This document shows, one piece after another, positions 1 to 15,000 of a stretch of 64,000 nt of DNA; the first letter of the stretch is position 1; each line of letters starts with the position of its first letter. This DNA comes from Eledone cirrhosa (taxonomy: Eukaryota). The notes below the pieces were generated by a model. That model had not been told where the DNA came from. It saw only the letters and a list, made by a program, of their open reading frames with translations, and did no database searches. A program made the position numbers and the translations under genes. The stretch covers positions 103,416,001 through 103,480,000 of the forward strand of contig OZ024744.1 of assembly GCA_964016885.1 (NCBI GenBank). The letters run 5' to 3'.

Positions 1-3000
1 ATTTATGACACAGAAGAATGTAGTAGGTGTGTATATCACCAACACTAGGTAGGTTATCATGTTTATGACATAGAAGAATGTAGTAGGTGTGTATATCACC
101 AACACTAGGTAGGTTATCATGTTTATGACATAGAAGAATGTAGTAGGTGTGTATATCACCAACACTAGGTAGGTTATCATGTTTATGACACAGAAGAATG
201 TAGTAGGTGTGTATATCACCATCACTAGGTAGGTTATCATGTTTATGACATAGAAGAATGTAGTAGGTGTGTATATCACTAACACTAGGTAGATTATCAT
301 GTTTATGACATAGAAGAATGTAGTAGGTGTGTATATCACCAACACTAGGTAGGTTATCATGTTTATGACATAGAAGAATGTAGTAGGTGTGTATATCACC
401 AACACTAGGTAGGTTATCATGTTTATGACACAGAAGAATGTAGTAGGTGTGTATATCACCAACACTAGGTAGGTTATCATATTTATGACATAGAAGAATG
501 TAGTAGGTGTGTATATCACCAACACTAGGTAGGTTATCATGTTTATGACATAGAAGAATATAGTAGCTGTGTATATCACCAACACTAGGTAGGTTATCAT
601 GTTTATGACATAGAAGAATATAGTAGGTGTGTATATCACTAACACTAGGTAGGTTATCATGTTTATGACATAGAAGAATGTAGTAGGTGTGTATATCACC
701 AACACTAGGTAGGTTATCATGTTTATGACACAGAAGAATGTAGTAGGTGTGTATATCACCAACACTAGGTAGATTATCATGTTTATGACATAGAAGAATG
801 TAGTAGGTGTGTATATCACCAACACTAGGTAGGTTATCATGTTTATGACACTGAAGAATGTAGTAGGTGTGTATATCACCAACACTAGGTAGGTTATCAT
901 GTTTATGACACAGAAGAATGTAGTAGGTGTGTATATCACCAACACTAGGTAGATTATCATGTTTATGACACAGAAGAATGTAGTAGGTGTGTAAATCACC
1001 AACACTAGGTAGGTTATCATGTTTATGACATAGAAGAATGTAGTAGGTGTGTATATCACCAACACTGGGTAGGTTATCATGTTTATGACATAGAAGAATG
1101 TAGTAGGTGTGTATATCACCAACACTAGGTAGGTTATCATGTTTATGACACAGAAGAATGTAGTAGGTGTGTATATCACCAACACTAGGTAGGTTATCAT
1201 GTTTATGACACAGAAGAATGTAGTAGGTGTGTAAATCACTAACACTAGGTAGGTTATCATGTTTATGACATAGAAGAATGTAGTAGGTGTGTATATCACC
1301 AACACTAGGTAGGTTATCATGTTTATCACATTGAAGAATGTAGTAGGTGTGTAAATCGCTAACACTAGGTAGGTTATCATGTTTATGACATAGAAGAATG
1401 TAGTAGGTGTGTATATCACCAACACTAGGTAGGTTATCATGTTTATGACACAGAAGAATGTAGTAGGTGTGTATGTCACCAACACTAGGTAGGTTATCAT
1501 GTTTATGACATAGAAGAATGTAGTAGGTGTGTATATCACCAACACTAGGTAGGTTATCATGTTTATGACACAGAAGAATGTAGTAGGTGTGTATGTCACC
1601 AACACTAGGTAGGTTATCATGTTTATGACATAGAAGAATGTAGTAGGTGTGTATATCACCAACACTAGGTAGGTTATCATGTTTATGACACAGAAGAATG
1701 TAGTAGGTGTGTATGTCACCAACACTAGGTAGGTTATCATGTTTATGACATAGAAGAATGTAGTAGGTGTGTATATCACCAACACTAGGTAGGTTATCAT
1801 GTTTATGACACAGAAGAATGTAGTAGGTGTGTATATCACCAACACTAGGTAGGTTATCATGTTTATGACATTGAAGAATGTAGTAGGTGTGTAAATCGCT
1901 AACACTAGGTAGGTTATCATGTTTATGACATAGAAGAATGTAGTAGGTGTGTATATCACCAACACTAGGTAGGTTATCATGTTTATGACACAGAAGAATG
2001 TAGTAGGTGTGTATGTCACCAACACTAGGTAGGTTATCATGTTTATGACACAGAAGAATGTAGTAGGTGTGTATGTCACCAACACTAGGTAGGTTATCAT
2101 GTTTATGACATAGAAGAATGTAGTAGGTGTGTATATCACCAACACTAGGTAGGTTATCATGTTTATGACACAGAAGAATGTAGTAGGTGTGTATGTCACC
2201 AACACTAGGTAGGTTATCATGTTTATGACATAGAAGAATGTAGTAGGTGTGTATATCACCAACACTAGGTAGGTTATCATGTTTATGACATAGAAGAATG
2301 TAGTAGGTGTGTATATCACCAACACTAGGTAGGTTATCATGTTTATGACATAGAAGAATGTAGTAGGTGTGTATATCACCAACACTAGGTAGGTTATCAT
2401 GTTTATGACATAGAAGAATGTAGTAGGTGTGTATATCACCAACACTAGGTAGGGTATCATGTTTATGACATAGAAGAATGTCGTAGGTGTGTATATCACC
2501 AACACTAGGTAGGTTATCATATTTATGACACAGAAGAATGTAGTAGGTGTGTATATCACCAACACTAGGTAGGTTATCATGTTTATGACATAGAAGAATG
2601 TAGTAGGTGTGTATATCACCAACACTAGGTAGGTTATCATGTTTATGACATAGAAGAATGTAGTAGGTGTGTATATCACCAACACTAGGTAGGTTATCAT
2701 GTTTATGACACAGAAGAATGTAGTAGGTGTGTATATCACCATCACTAGGTAGGTTATCATGTTTATGACATAGAAGAATGTAGTAGGTGTGTATATCACT
2801 AACACTAGGTAGATTATCATGTTTATGACATAGAAGAATGTAGTAGGTGTGTATATCACCAACACTAGGTAGGTTATCATGTTTATGACATAGAAGAATG
2901 TAGTAGGTGTGTATATCACCAACACTAGGTAGGTTATCATGTTTATGACACAGAAGAATGTAGTAGGTGTGTATATCACCAACACTAGGTAGGTTATCAT

Positions 3001-6000
3001 ATTTATGACATAGAAGAATGTAGTAGGTGTGTATATCACCAACACTAGGTAGGTTATCATGTTTATGACACAGAAGAATGTAGTAGGTGTGTATATCACC
3101 AACACTAGGTAGGTTATCATGTTTATGACATTGAAGAATGTAGTAGGTGTGTAAATCGCTAACACTAGGTAGGTTATCATGTTTATGACATAGAAGAATG
3201 TAGTAGGTGTGTATATCACCAACACTAGGTAGGTTATCATGTTTATGACACAGAAGAATGTAGTAGGTGTGTATGTCACCAACACTAGGTAGGTTATCAT
3301 GTTTATGACACAGAAGAATGTAGTAGGTGTGTATGTCACCAACACTAGGTAGGTTATCATGTTTATGACATAGAAGAATGTAGTAGGTGTGTATATCACC
3401 AACACTAGGTAGGTTATCATGTTTATGACACAGAAGAATGTAGTAGGTGTGTATGTCACCAACACTAGGTAGGTTATCATGTTTATGACATAGAAGAATG
3501 TAGTAGGTGTGTATATCACCAACACTAGGTAGGTTATCATGTTTATGACATAGAAGAATGTAGTAGGTGTGTATATCACCAACACTAGGTAGGTTATCAT
3601 GTTTATGACATAGAAGAATGTAGTAGGTGTCTATATCACCAACACTAGGTAGGTTATCATGTTTATGACATAGAAGAATGTAGTAGGTGTGTATATCACC
3701 AACACTAGGTAGGGTATCATGTTTATGACATAGAAGAATGTCGTAGGTGTGTATATCACCAACACTAGGTAGGTTATCATATTTATGACACAGAAGAATG
3801 TAGTAGGTGTGTATATCACCAACACTAGGTAGGTTATCATGTTTATGACATAGAAGAATGTAGTAGGTGTGTATATCACCAACACTAGGTAGGTTATCAT
3901 GTTTATGACATAGAAGAATGTAGTAGGTGTGTATATCACCAACACTAGGTAGGTTATCATGTTTATGACACAGAAGAATGTAGTAGGTGTGTATATCACC
4001 ATCACTAGGTAGGTTATCATGTTTATGACATAGAAGAATGTAGTAGGTGTGTATATCACTAACACTAGGTAGATTATCATGTTTATGACATAGAAGAATG
4101 TAGTAGGTGTGTATATCACCAACACTAGGTAGGTTATCATGTTTATGACATAGAAGAATGTAGTAGGTGTGTATATCACCAACACTAGGTAGGTTATCAT
4201 GTTTATGACACAGAAGAATGTAGTAGGTGTGTATATCACCAACACTAGGTAGGTTATCATATTTATGACATAGAAGAATGTAGTAGGTGTGTATATCACC
4301 AACACTAGGTAGGTTATCATGTTTATGACATAGAAGAATATAGTAGCTGTGTATATCACCAACACTAGGTAGGTTATCATGTTTATGACATAGAAGAATA
4401 TAGTAGGTGTGTATATCACTAACACTAGGTAGGTTATCATGTTTATGACATAGAAGAATGTAGTAGGTGTGTATATCACCAACACTAGGTAGGTTATCAT
4501 GTTTATGACACAGAAGAATGTAGTAGGTGTGTATATCACCAACACTAGGTAGATTATCATGTTTATGACATAGAAGAATGTAGTAGGTGTGTATATCACC
4601 AACACTAGGTAGGTTATCATGTTTATGACACTGAAGAATGTAGTAGGTGTGTATATCACCAACACTAGGTAGGTTATCATGTTTATGACACAGAAGAATG
4701 TAGTAGGTGTGTATATCACCAACACTAGGTAGATTATCATGTTTATGACACAGAAGAATGTAGTAGGTGTGTAAATCACCAACACTAGGTAGGTTATCAT
4801 GTTTATGACATAGAAGAATGTAGTAGGTGTGTATATCACCAACACTGGGTAGGTTATCATGTTTATGACATAGAAGAATGTAGTAGGTGTGTATATCACC
4901 AACACTAGGTAGGTTATCATGTTTATGACACAGAAGAATGTAGTAGGTGTGTATATCACCAACACTAGGTAGGTTATCATGTTTATGACACAGAAGAATG
5001 TAGTAGGTGTGTAAATCACTAACACTAGGTAGGTTATCATGTTTATGACATAGAAGAATGTAGTAGGTGTGTATATCACCAACACTAGGTAGGTTATCAT
5101 GTTTATGACATTGAAGAATGTAGTAGGTGTGTAAATCGCTAACACTAGGTAGGTTATCATGTTTATGACATAGAAGAATGTAGTAGGTGTGTATATCACC
5201 AACACTAGGTAGGTTATCATGTTTATGACACAGAAGAATGTAGTAGGTGTGTATGTCACCAACACTAGGTAGGTTATCATGTTTATGACATAGAAGAATG
5301 TAGTAGGTGTGTATATCACCAACACTAGGTAGGTTATCATGTTTATGACACAGAAGAATGTAGTAGGTGTGTATGTCACCAACACTAGGTAGGTTATCAT
5401 GTTTATGACATAGAAGAATGTAGTAGGTGTGTATATCACCAACACTAGGTAGGTTATCATGTTTATGACACAGAAGAATGTAGTAGGTGTGTATGTCACC
5501 AACACTAGGTAGGTTATCATGTTTATGACATAGAAGAATGTAGTAGGTGTGTATATCACCAACACTAGGTAGGTTATCATGTTTATGACACAGAAGAATG
5601 TAGTAGGTGTGTATATCACCAACACTAGGTAGGTTATCATGTTTATGACATTGAAGAATGTAGTAGGTGTGTAAATCGCTAACACTAGGTAGGTTATCAT
5701 GTTTATGACATAGAAGAATGTAGTAGGTGTGTATATCACCAACACTAGGTAGGTTATCATGTTTATGACACAGAAGAATGTAGTAGGTGTGTATGTCACC
5801 AACACTAGGTAGGTTATCATGTTTATGACACAGAAGAATGTAGTAGGTGTGTATGTCACCAACACTAGGTAGGTTATCATGTTTATGACATAGAAGAATG
5901 TAGTAGGTGTGTATATCACCAACACTAGGTAGGTTATCATGTTTATGACACAGAAGAATGTAGTAGGTGTGTATGTCACCAACACTAGGTAGGTTATCAT

Positions 6001-9000
6001 GTTTATGACATAGAAGAATGTAGTAGGTGTGTATATCACCAACACTAGGTAGGTTATCATGTTTATGACATAGAAGAATGTAGTAGGTGTGTATATCACC
6101 AACACTAGGTAGGTTATCATGTTTATGACATAGAAGAATGTAGTAGGTGTGTATATCACCAACACTAGGTAGGTTATCATGTTTATGACATAGAAGAATG
6201 TAGTAGGTGTGTATATCACCAACACTAGGTAGGGTATCATGTTTATGACATAGAAGAATGTCGTAGGTGTGTATATCACCAACACTAGGTAGGTTATCAT
6301 ATTTATGACACAGAAGAATGTAGTAGGTGTGTATATCACCAACACTAGGTAGGTTATCATGTTTATGACATAGAAGAATGTAGTAGGTGTGTATATCACC
6401 AACACTAGGTAGGTTATCATGTTTATGACATAGAAGAATGTAGTAGGTGTGTATATCACCAACACTAGGTAGGTTATCATGTTTATGACACAGAAGAATG
6501 TAGTAGGTGTGTATATCACCATCACTAGGTAGGTTATCATGTTTATGACATAGAAGAATGTAGTAGGTGTGTATATCACTAACACTAGGTAGATTATCAT
6601 GTTTATGACATAGAAGAATGTAGTAGGTGTGTATATCACCAACACTAGGTAGGTTATCATGTTTATGACATAGAAGAATGTAGTAGGTGTGTATATCACC
6701 AACACTAGGTAGGTTATCATGTTTATGACACAGAAGAATGTAGTAGGTGTGTATATCACCAACACTAGGTAGGTTATCATATTTATGACATAGAAGAATG
6801 TAGTAGGTGTGTATATCACCAACACTAGGTAGGTTATCATGTTTATGACATAGAAGAATATAGTAGCTGTGTATATCACCAACACTAGGTAGGTTATCAT
6901 GTTTATGACATAGAAGAATATAGTAGGTGTGTATATCACTAACACTAGGTAGGTTATCATGTTTATGACATAGAAGAATGTAGTAGGTGTGTATATCACC
7001 AACACTAGGTAGGTTATCATGTTTATGACACAGGAGAATGTAGTAGGTGTGTATATCACCAACACTAGGTAGGTTATCATATTTATGACATAGAAGAATG
7101 TAGTAGGTGTGTATACCACCAACACTAGGTAGGTTATCATGTTTATGACATAGAAGAATGTAGTAGGTGTGTATATCACCAACACTAGGTAGGTTATCAT
7201 GTTTATGACACAGAAGAATGTAGTAGGTGTGTATATCACTAACACTAGGTAGGTTATCATGTTTATGACATAGAAGAATGTAGTAGGTGTGTATATCACC
7301 AACACTAGGTAGGTTATCATGTTTATGACATAGAAGAATGTAGTAGGTGTGTATATCACCAACACTAGGTAGGTTACTATGTTTATGACATAGAAGAATG
7401 TAGTAGGTGTGTATATCACCAACACTAGGTAGGTTATCATGTTTATGACATAGAAGAATGTAGTAGGTGTGTATATCACCAACACTAGGTAGGTTATCAT
7501 GTTTATGACACAGAAGAATATAGTAGGTGTGCATATCACCAACACTAGGTAGGTTATCATGTTTATGACACAGAAGAATGTAGTAGGTGTGTATATCACC
7601 AACACTAGGTAGGTTATCATGTTTATGACATTGAAGAATGTAGTAGGTGTGTAAATCGCTAACACTAGGTAGGTTATCATGTTTATGACATAGAAGAATG
7701 TAGTAGGTGTGTATATCACCAACACTAGGTAGGTTATCATGTTTATGACACAGAAGAATGTAGTAGGTGTGTATGTCACCAACACTAGGTAGGTTATCAT
7801 GTTTATGACACAGAAGAATGTAGTAGGTGTGTATGTCACCAACACTAGGTAGGTTATCATGTTTATGACATAGAAGAATGTAGTAGGTGTGTATATCACC
7901 AACACTAGGTAGGTTATCATGTTTATGACACAGAAGAATGTAGTAGGTGTGTATGTCACCAACACTAGGTAGGTTATCATGTTTATGACATAGAAGAATG
8001 TAGTAGGTGTGTATATCACCAACACTAGGTAGGTTATCATGTTTATGACATAGAAGAATGTAGTAGGTGTGTATATCACCAACACTAGGTAGGTTATCAT
8101 GTTTATGACATAGAAGAATGTAGTAGGTGTGTATATCACCAACACTAGGTAGGTTATCATGTTTATGACATAGAAGAATGTAGTAGGTGTGTATATCACC
8201 AACACTAGGTAGGGTATCATGTTTATGACATAGAAGAATGTCGTAGGTGTGTATATCACCAACACTAGGTAGGTTATCATATTTATGACACAGAAGAATG
8301 TAGTAGGTGTGTATATCACCAACACTAGGTAGGTTATCATGTTTATGACATAGAAGAATGTAGTAGGTGTGTATATCACCAACACTAGGTAGGTTATCAT
8401 GTTTATGACATAGAAGAATGTAGTAGGTGTGTATATCACCAACACTAGGTAGGTTATCATGTTTATGACACAGAAGAATGTAGTAGGTGTGTATATCACC
8501 ATCACTAGGTAGGTTATCATGTTTATGACATAGAAGAATGTAGTAGGTGTGTATATCACTAACACTAGGTAGATTATCATGTTTATGACATAGAAGAATG
8601 TAGTAGGTGTGTATATCACCAACACTAGGTAGGTTATCATGTTTATGACATAGAAGAATGTAGTAGGTGTGTATATCACCAACACTAGGTAGGTTATCAT
8701 GTTTATGACACAGAAGAATGTAGTAGGTGTGTATATCACCAACACTAGGTAGGTTATCATATTTATGACATAGAAGAATGTAGTAGGTGTGTATATCACC
8801 AACACTAGGTAGGTTATCATGTTTATGACATAGAAGAATATAGTAGCTGTGTATATCACCAACACTAGGTAGGTTATCATGTTTATGACATAGAAGAATA
8901 TAGTAGGTGTGTATATCACTAACACTAGGTAGGTTATCATGTTTATGACATAGAAGAATGTAGTAGGTGTGTATATCACCAACACTAGGTAGGTTATCAT

Positions 9001-12000
9001 GTTTATGACACAGGAGAATGTAGTAGGTGTGTATATCACCAACACTAGGTAGGTTATCATATTTATGACATAGAAGAATGTAGTAGGTGTGTATACCACC
9101 AACACTAGGTAGGTTATCATGTTTATGACATAGAAGAATGTAGTAGGTGTGTATATCACCAACACTAGGTAGGTTATCATGTTTATGACACAGAAGAATG
9201 TAGTAGGTGTGTATATCACTAACACTAGGTAGTTTATCATGTTTATGACACTGAAGAATGTAGTAGGTGTGTATATCACCAACACTAGGTAGGTTATCAT
9301 GTTTATGACACAGAAGAATGTAGTAGGTGTGTATATCACCAACACTAGGTAGATTATCATGTTTATGACATAGAAGAATGTAGTAGGTGTGTATATCACC
9401 AACACTAGGTAGGTTATCATGTTTATGACACTGAAGAATGTAGTAGGTGTGTATATCACCAACACTAGGTAGGTTATCATGTTTATGACACAGAAGAATG
9501 TAGTAGGTGTGTATATCACCAACACTAGGTAGATTATCATGTTTATGACACAGAAGAATGTAGTAGGTGTGTAAATCACCAACACTAGGTAGGTTATCAT
9601 GTTTATGACATAGAAGAATGTAGTAGGTGTGTATATCACCAACACTGGGTAGGTTATCATGTTTATGACATAGAAGAATGTAGTAGGTGTGTATATCACC
9701 AACACTAGGTAGGTTATCATGTTTATGACACAGAAGAATGTAGTAGGTGTGTATATCACCAACACTAGGTAGGTTATCATGTTTATGACACAGAAGAATG
9801 TAGTAGGTGTGTAAATCACTAACACTAGGTAGGTTATCATGTTTATGACATAGAAGAATGTAGTAGGTGTGTATATCACCAACACTATGTAGGTTATCAT
9901 GTTTATGACATTGAAGAATGTAGTAGGTGTGTAAATCGCTAACACTAGGTAGGTTATCATGTTTATGACATAGAAGAATGTAGTAGGTGTGTATATCACC
10001 AACACTAGGTAGGTTATCATGTTTATGACACAGAAGAATGTAGTAGGTGTGTATGTCACCAACACTAGGTAGGTTATCATGTTTATGACATAGAAGAATG
10101 TAGTAGGTGTGTATATCACCAACACTAGGTAGGTTATCATGTTTATGACACAGAAGAATGTAGTAGGTGTGTATGTCACCAACACTAGGTAGGTTATCAT
10201 GTTTATGACATAGAAGAATGTAGTAGGTGTGTATATCACCAACACTAGGTAGGTTATCATGTTTATGACACAGAAGAATGTAGTAGGTGTGTATGTCACC
10301 AACACTAGGTAGGTTATCATGTTTATGACATAGAAGAATGTAGTAGGTGTGTATATCACCAACACTAGGTAGGTTATCATGTTTATGACACAGAAGAATG
10401 TAGTAGGTGTGTATATCACCAACACTAGGTAGGTTATCATGTTTATGACATTGAAGAATGTAGTAGGTGTGTAAATCGCTAACACTAGGTAGGTTATCAT
10501 GTTTATGACATAGAAGAATGTAGTAGGTGTGTATATCACCAACACTAGGTAGGTTATCATGTTTATGACACAGAAGAATGTAGTAGGTGTGTATGTCACC
10601 AACACTAGGTAGGTTATCATGTTTATGACACAGAAGAATGTAGTAGGTGTGTATGTCACCAACACTAGGTAGGTTATCATGTTTATGACATAGAAGAATG
10701 TAGTAGGTGTGTATATCACCAACACTAGGTAGGTTATCATGTTTATGACACAGAAGAATGTAGTAGGTGTGTATGTCACCAACACTAGGTAGGTTATCAT
10801 GTTTATGACATAGAAGAATGTAGTAGGTGTGTATATCACCAACACTAGGTAGGTTATCATGTTTATGACATAGAAGAATGTAGTAGGTGTGTATATCACC
10901 AACACTAGGTAGGTTATCATGTTTATGACATAGAAGAATGTAGTAGGTGTGTATATCACCAACACTAGGTAGGTTATCATGTTTATGACATAGAAGAATG
11001 TAGTAGGTGTGTATATCACCAACACTAGGTAGGGTATCATGTTTATGACATAGAAGAATGTCGTAGGTGTGTATATCACCAACACTAGGTAGGTTATCAT
11101 ATTTATGACACAGAAGAATGTAGTAGGTGTGTATATCACCAACACTAGGTAGGTTATCATGTTTATGACATAGAAGAATGTAGTAGGTGTGTATATCACC
11201 AACACTAGGTAGGTTATCATGTTTATGACATAGAAGAATGTAGTAGGTGTGTATATCACCAACACTAGGTAGGTTATCATGTTTATGACACAGAAGAATG
11301 TAGTAGGTGTGTATATCACCATCACTAGGTAGGTTATCATGTTTATGACATAGAAGAATGTAGTAGGTGTGTATATCACTAACACTAGGTAGATTATCAT
11401 GTTTATGACATAGAAGAATGTAGTAGGTGTTTATATCACCAACACTAGGTAGGTTATCATGTTTATGACATAGAAGAATGTAGTAGGTGTGTATATCACC
11501 AACACTAGGTAGGTTATCATGTTTATGACACAGAAGAATGTAGTAGGTGTGTATATCACCAACACTAGGTAGGTTATCATATTTATGACATAGAAGAATG
11601 TAGTAGGTGTGTATATCACCAACACTAGGTAGGTTATCATGTTTATGACATAGAAGAATATAGTAGCTGTGTATATCACCAACACTAGGTAGGTTATCAT
11701 GTTTATGACATAGAAGAATATAGTAGGTGTGTATATCACTAACACTAGGTAGGTTATCATGTTTATGACATAGAAGAATGTAGTAGGTGTGTATATCACC
11801 AACACTAGGTAGGTTATCATGTTTATGACACAGAAGAATGTAGTAGGTGTGTATATCACCAACACTAGGTAGATTATCATGTTTATGACATAGAAGAATG
11901 TAGTAGGTGTGTATATCACCAACACTAGGTAGGTTATCATGTTTATGACACTGAAGAATGTAGTAGGTGTGTATATCACCAACACTAGGTAGGTTATCAT

Positions 12001-15000
12001 GTTTATGACACAGAAGAATGTAGTAGGTGTGTATATCACCAACACTAGGTAGATTATCATGTTTATGACACAGAAGAATGTAGTAGGTGTGTAAATCACC
12101 AACACTAGGTAGGTTATCATGTTTATGACATAGAAGAATGTAGTAGGTGTGTATATCACCAACACTGGGTAGGTTATCATGTTTATGACATAGAAGAATG
12201 TAGTAGGTGTGTATATCACCAACACTAGGTAGGTTATCATGTTTATGACACAGAAGAATGTAGTAGGTGTGTATATCACCAACACTAGGTAGGTTATCAT
12301 GTTTATGACACAGAAGAATGTAGTAGGTGTGTAAATCACTAACACTAGGTAGGTTATCATGTTTATGACATAGAAGAATGTAGTAGGTGTGTATATCACC
12401 AACACTAGGTAGGTTATCATGTTTATGACATTGAAGAATGTAGTAGGTGTGTAAATCGCTAACACTAGGTAGGTTATCATGTTTATGACATAGAAGAATG
12501 TAGTAGGTGTGTATATCACCAACACTAGGTAGGTTATCATGTTTATGACACAGAAGAATGTAGTAGGTGTGTATGTCACCAACACTAGGTAGGTTATCAT
12601 GTTTATGACATAGAAGAATGTAGTAGGTGTGTATATCACCAACACTAGGTAGGTTATCATGTTTATGACACAGAAGAATGTAGTAGGTGTGTATGTCACC
12701 AACACTAGGTAGGTTATCATGTTTATGACATAGAAGAATGTAGTAGGTGTGTATATCACCAACACTAGGTAGGTTATCATGTTTATGACACAGAAGAATG
12801 TAGTAGGTGTGTATGTCACCAACACTAGGTAGGTTATCATGTTTATGACATAGAAGAATGTAGTAGGTGTGTATATCACCAACACTAGGTAGGTTATCAT
12901 GTTTATGACACAGAAGAATGTAGTAGGTGTGTATATCACCAACACTAGGTAGGTTATCATGTTTATGACATTGAAGAATGTAGTAGGTGTGTAAATCGCT
13001 AACACTAGGTAGGTTATCATGTTTATGACATAGAAGAATGTAGTAGGTGTGTATATCACCAACACTAGGTAGGTTATCATGTTTATGACACAGAAGAATG
13101 TAGTAGGTGTGTATGTCACCAACACTAGGTAGGTTATCATGTTTATGACACAGAAGAATGTAGTAGGTGTGTATGTCACCAACACTAGGTAGGTTATCAT
13201 GTTTATGACATAGAAGAATGTAGTAGGTGTGTATATCACCAACACTAGGTAGGTTATCATGTTTATGACACAGAAGAATGTAGTAGGTGTGTATGTCACC
13301 AACACTAGGTAGGTTATCATGTTTATGACATAGAAGAATGTAGTAGGTGTGTATATCACCAACACTAGGTAGGTTATCATGTTTATGACATAGAAGAATG
13401 TAGTAGGTGTGTATATCACCAACACTAGGTAGGTTATCATGTTTATGACATAGAAGAATGTAGTAGGTGTGTATATCACCAACACTAGGTAGGTTATCAT
13501 GTTTATGACATAGAAGAATGTAGTAGGTGTGTATATCACCAACACTAGGTAGGGTATCATGTTTATGACATAGAAGAATGTCGTAGGTGTGTATATCACC
13601 AACACTAGGTAGGTTATCATATTTATGACACAGAAGAATGTAGTAGGTGTGTATATCACCAACACTAGGTAGGTTATCATGTTTATGACATAGAAGAATG
13701 TAGTAGGTGTGTATATCACCAACACTAGGTAGGTTATCATGTTTATGACATAGAAGAATGTAGTAGGTGTGTATATCACCAACACTAGGTAGGTTATCAT
13801 GTTTATGACACAGAAGAATGTAGTAGGTGTGTATATCACCATCACTAGGTAGGTTATCATGTTTATGACATAGAAGAATGTAGTAGGTGTGTATATCACT
13901 AACACTAGGTAGATTATCATGTTTATGACATAGAAGAATGTAGTAGGTGTTTATATCACCAACACTAGGTAGGTTATCATGTTTATGACATAGAAGAATG
14001 TAGTAGGTGTGTATATCACCAACACTAGGTAGGTTATCATGTTTATGACACAGAAGAATGTAGTAGGTGTGTATATCACCAACACTAGGTAGGTTATCAT
14101 GTTTATGACATAGAAGAATATAGTAGCTGTGTATATCACCAACACTAGGTAGGTTATCATGTTTATGACATAGAAGAATATAGTAGGTGTGTATATCACT
14201 AACACTAGGTAGGTTATCATGTTTATGACATAGAAGAATGTAGTAGGTGTGTATATCACCAACACTAGGTAGGTTATCATGTTTATGACACAGAAGAATG
14301 TAGTAGGTGTGTATATCACCAACACTAGGTAGATTATCATGTTTATGACATAGAAGAATGTAGTAGGTGTGTATATCACCAACACTAGGTAGGTTATCAT
14401 GTTTATGACACTGAAGAATGTAGTAGGTGTGTATATCACCAACACTAGGTAGGTTATCATGTTTATGACACAGAAGAATGTAGTAGGTGTGTATATCACC
14501 AACACTAGGTAGATTATCATGTTTATGACACAGAAGAATGTAGTAGGTGTGTAAATCACCAACACTAGGTAGGTTATCATGTTTATGACATAGAAGAATG
14601 TAGTAGGTGTGTATATCACCAACACTGGGTAGGTTATCATGTTTATGACATAGAAGAATGTAGTAGGTGTGTATATCACCAACACTAGGTAGGTTATCAT
14701 GTTTATGACACAGAAGAATGTAGTAGGTGTGTATATCACCAACACTAGGTAGGTTATCATGTTTATGACACAGAAGAATGTAGTAGGTGTGTAAATCACT
14801 AACACTAGGTAGGTTATCATGTTTATGACATAGAAGAATGTAGTAGGTGTGTATATCACCAACACTAGGTAGGTTATCATGTTTATGACATTGAAGAATG
14901 TAGTAGGTGTGTAAATCGCTAACACTAGGTAGGTTATCATGTTTATGACATAGAAGAATGTAGTAGGTGTGTATATCACCAACACTAGGTAGGTTATCAT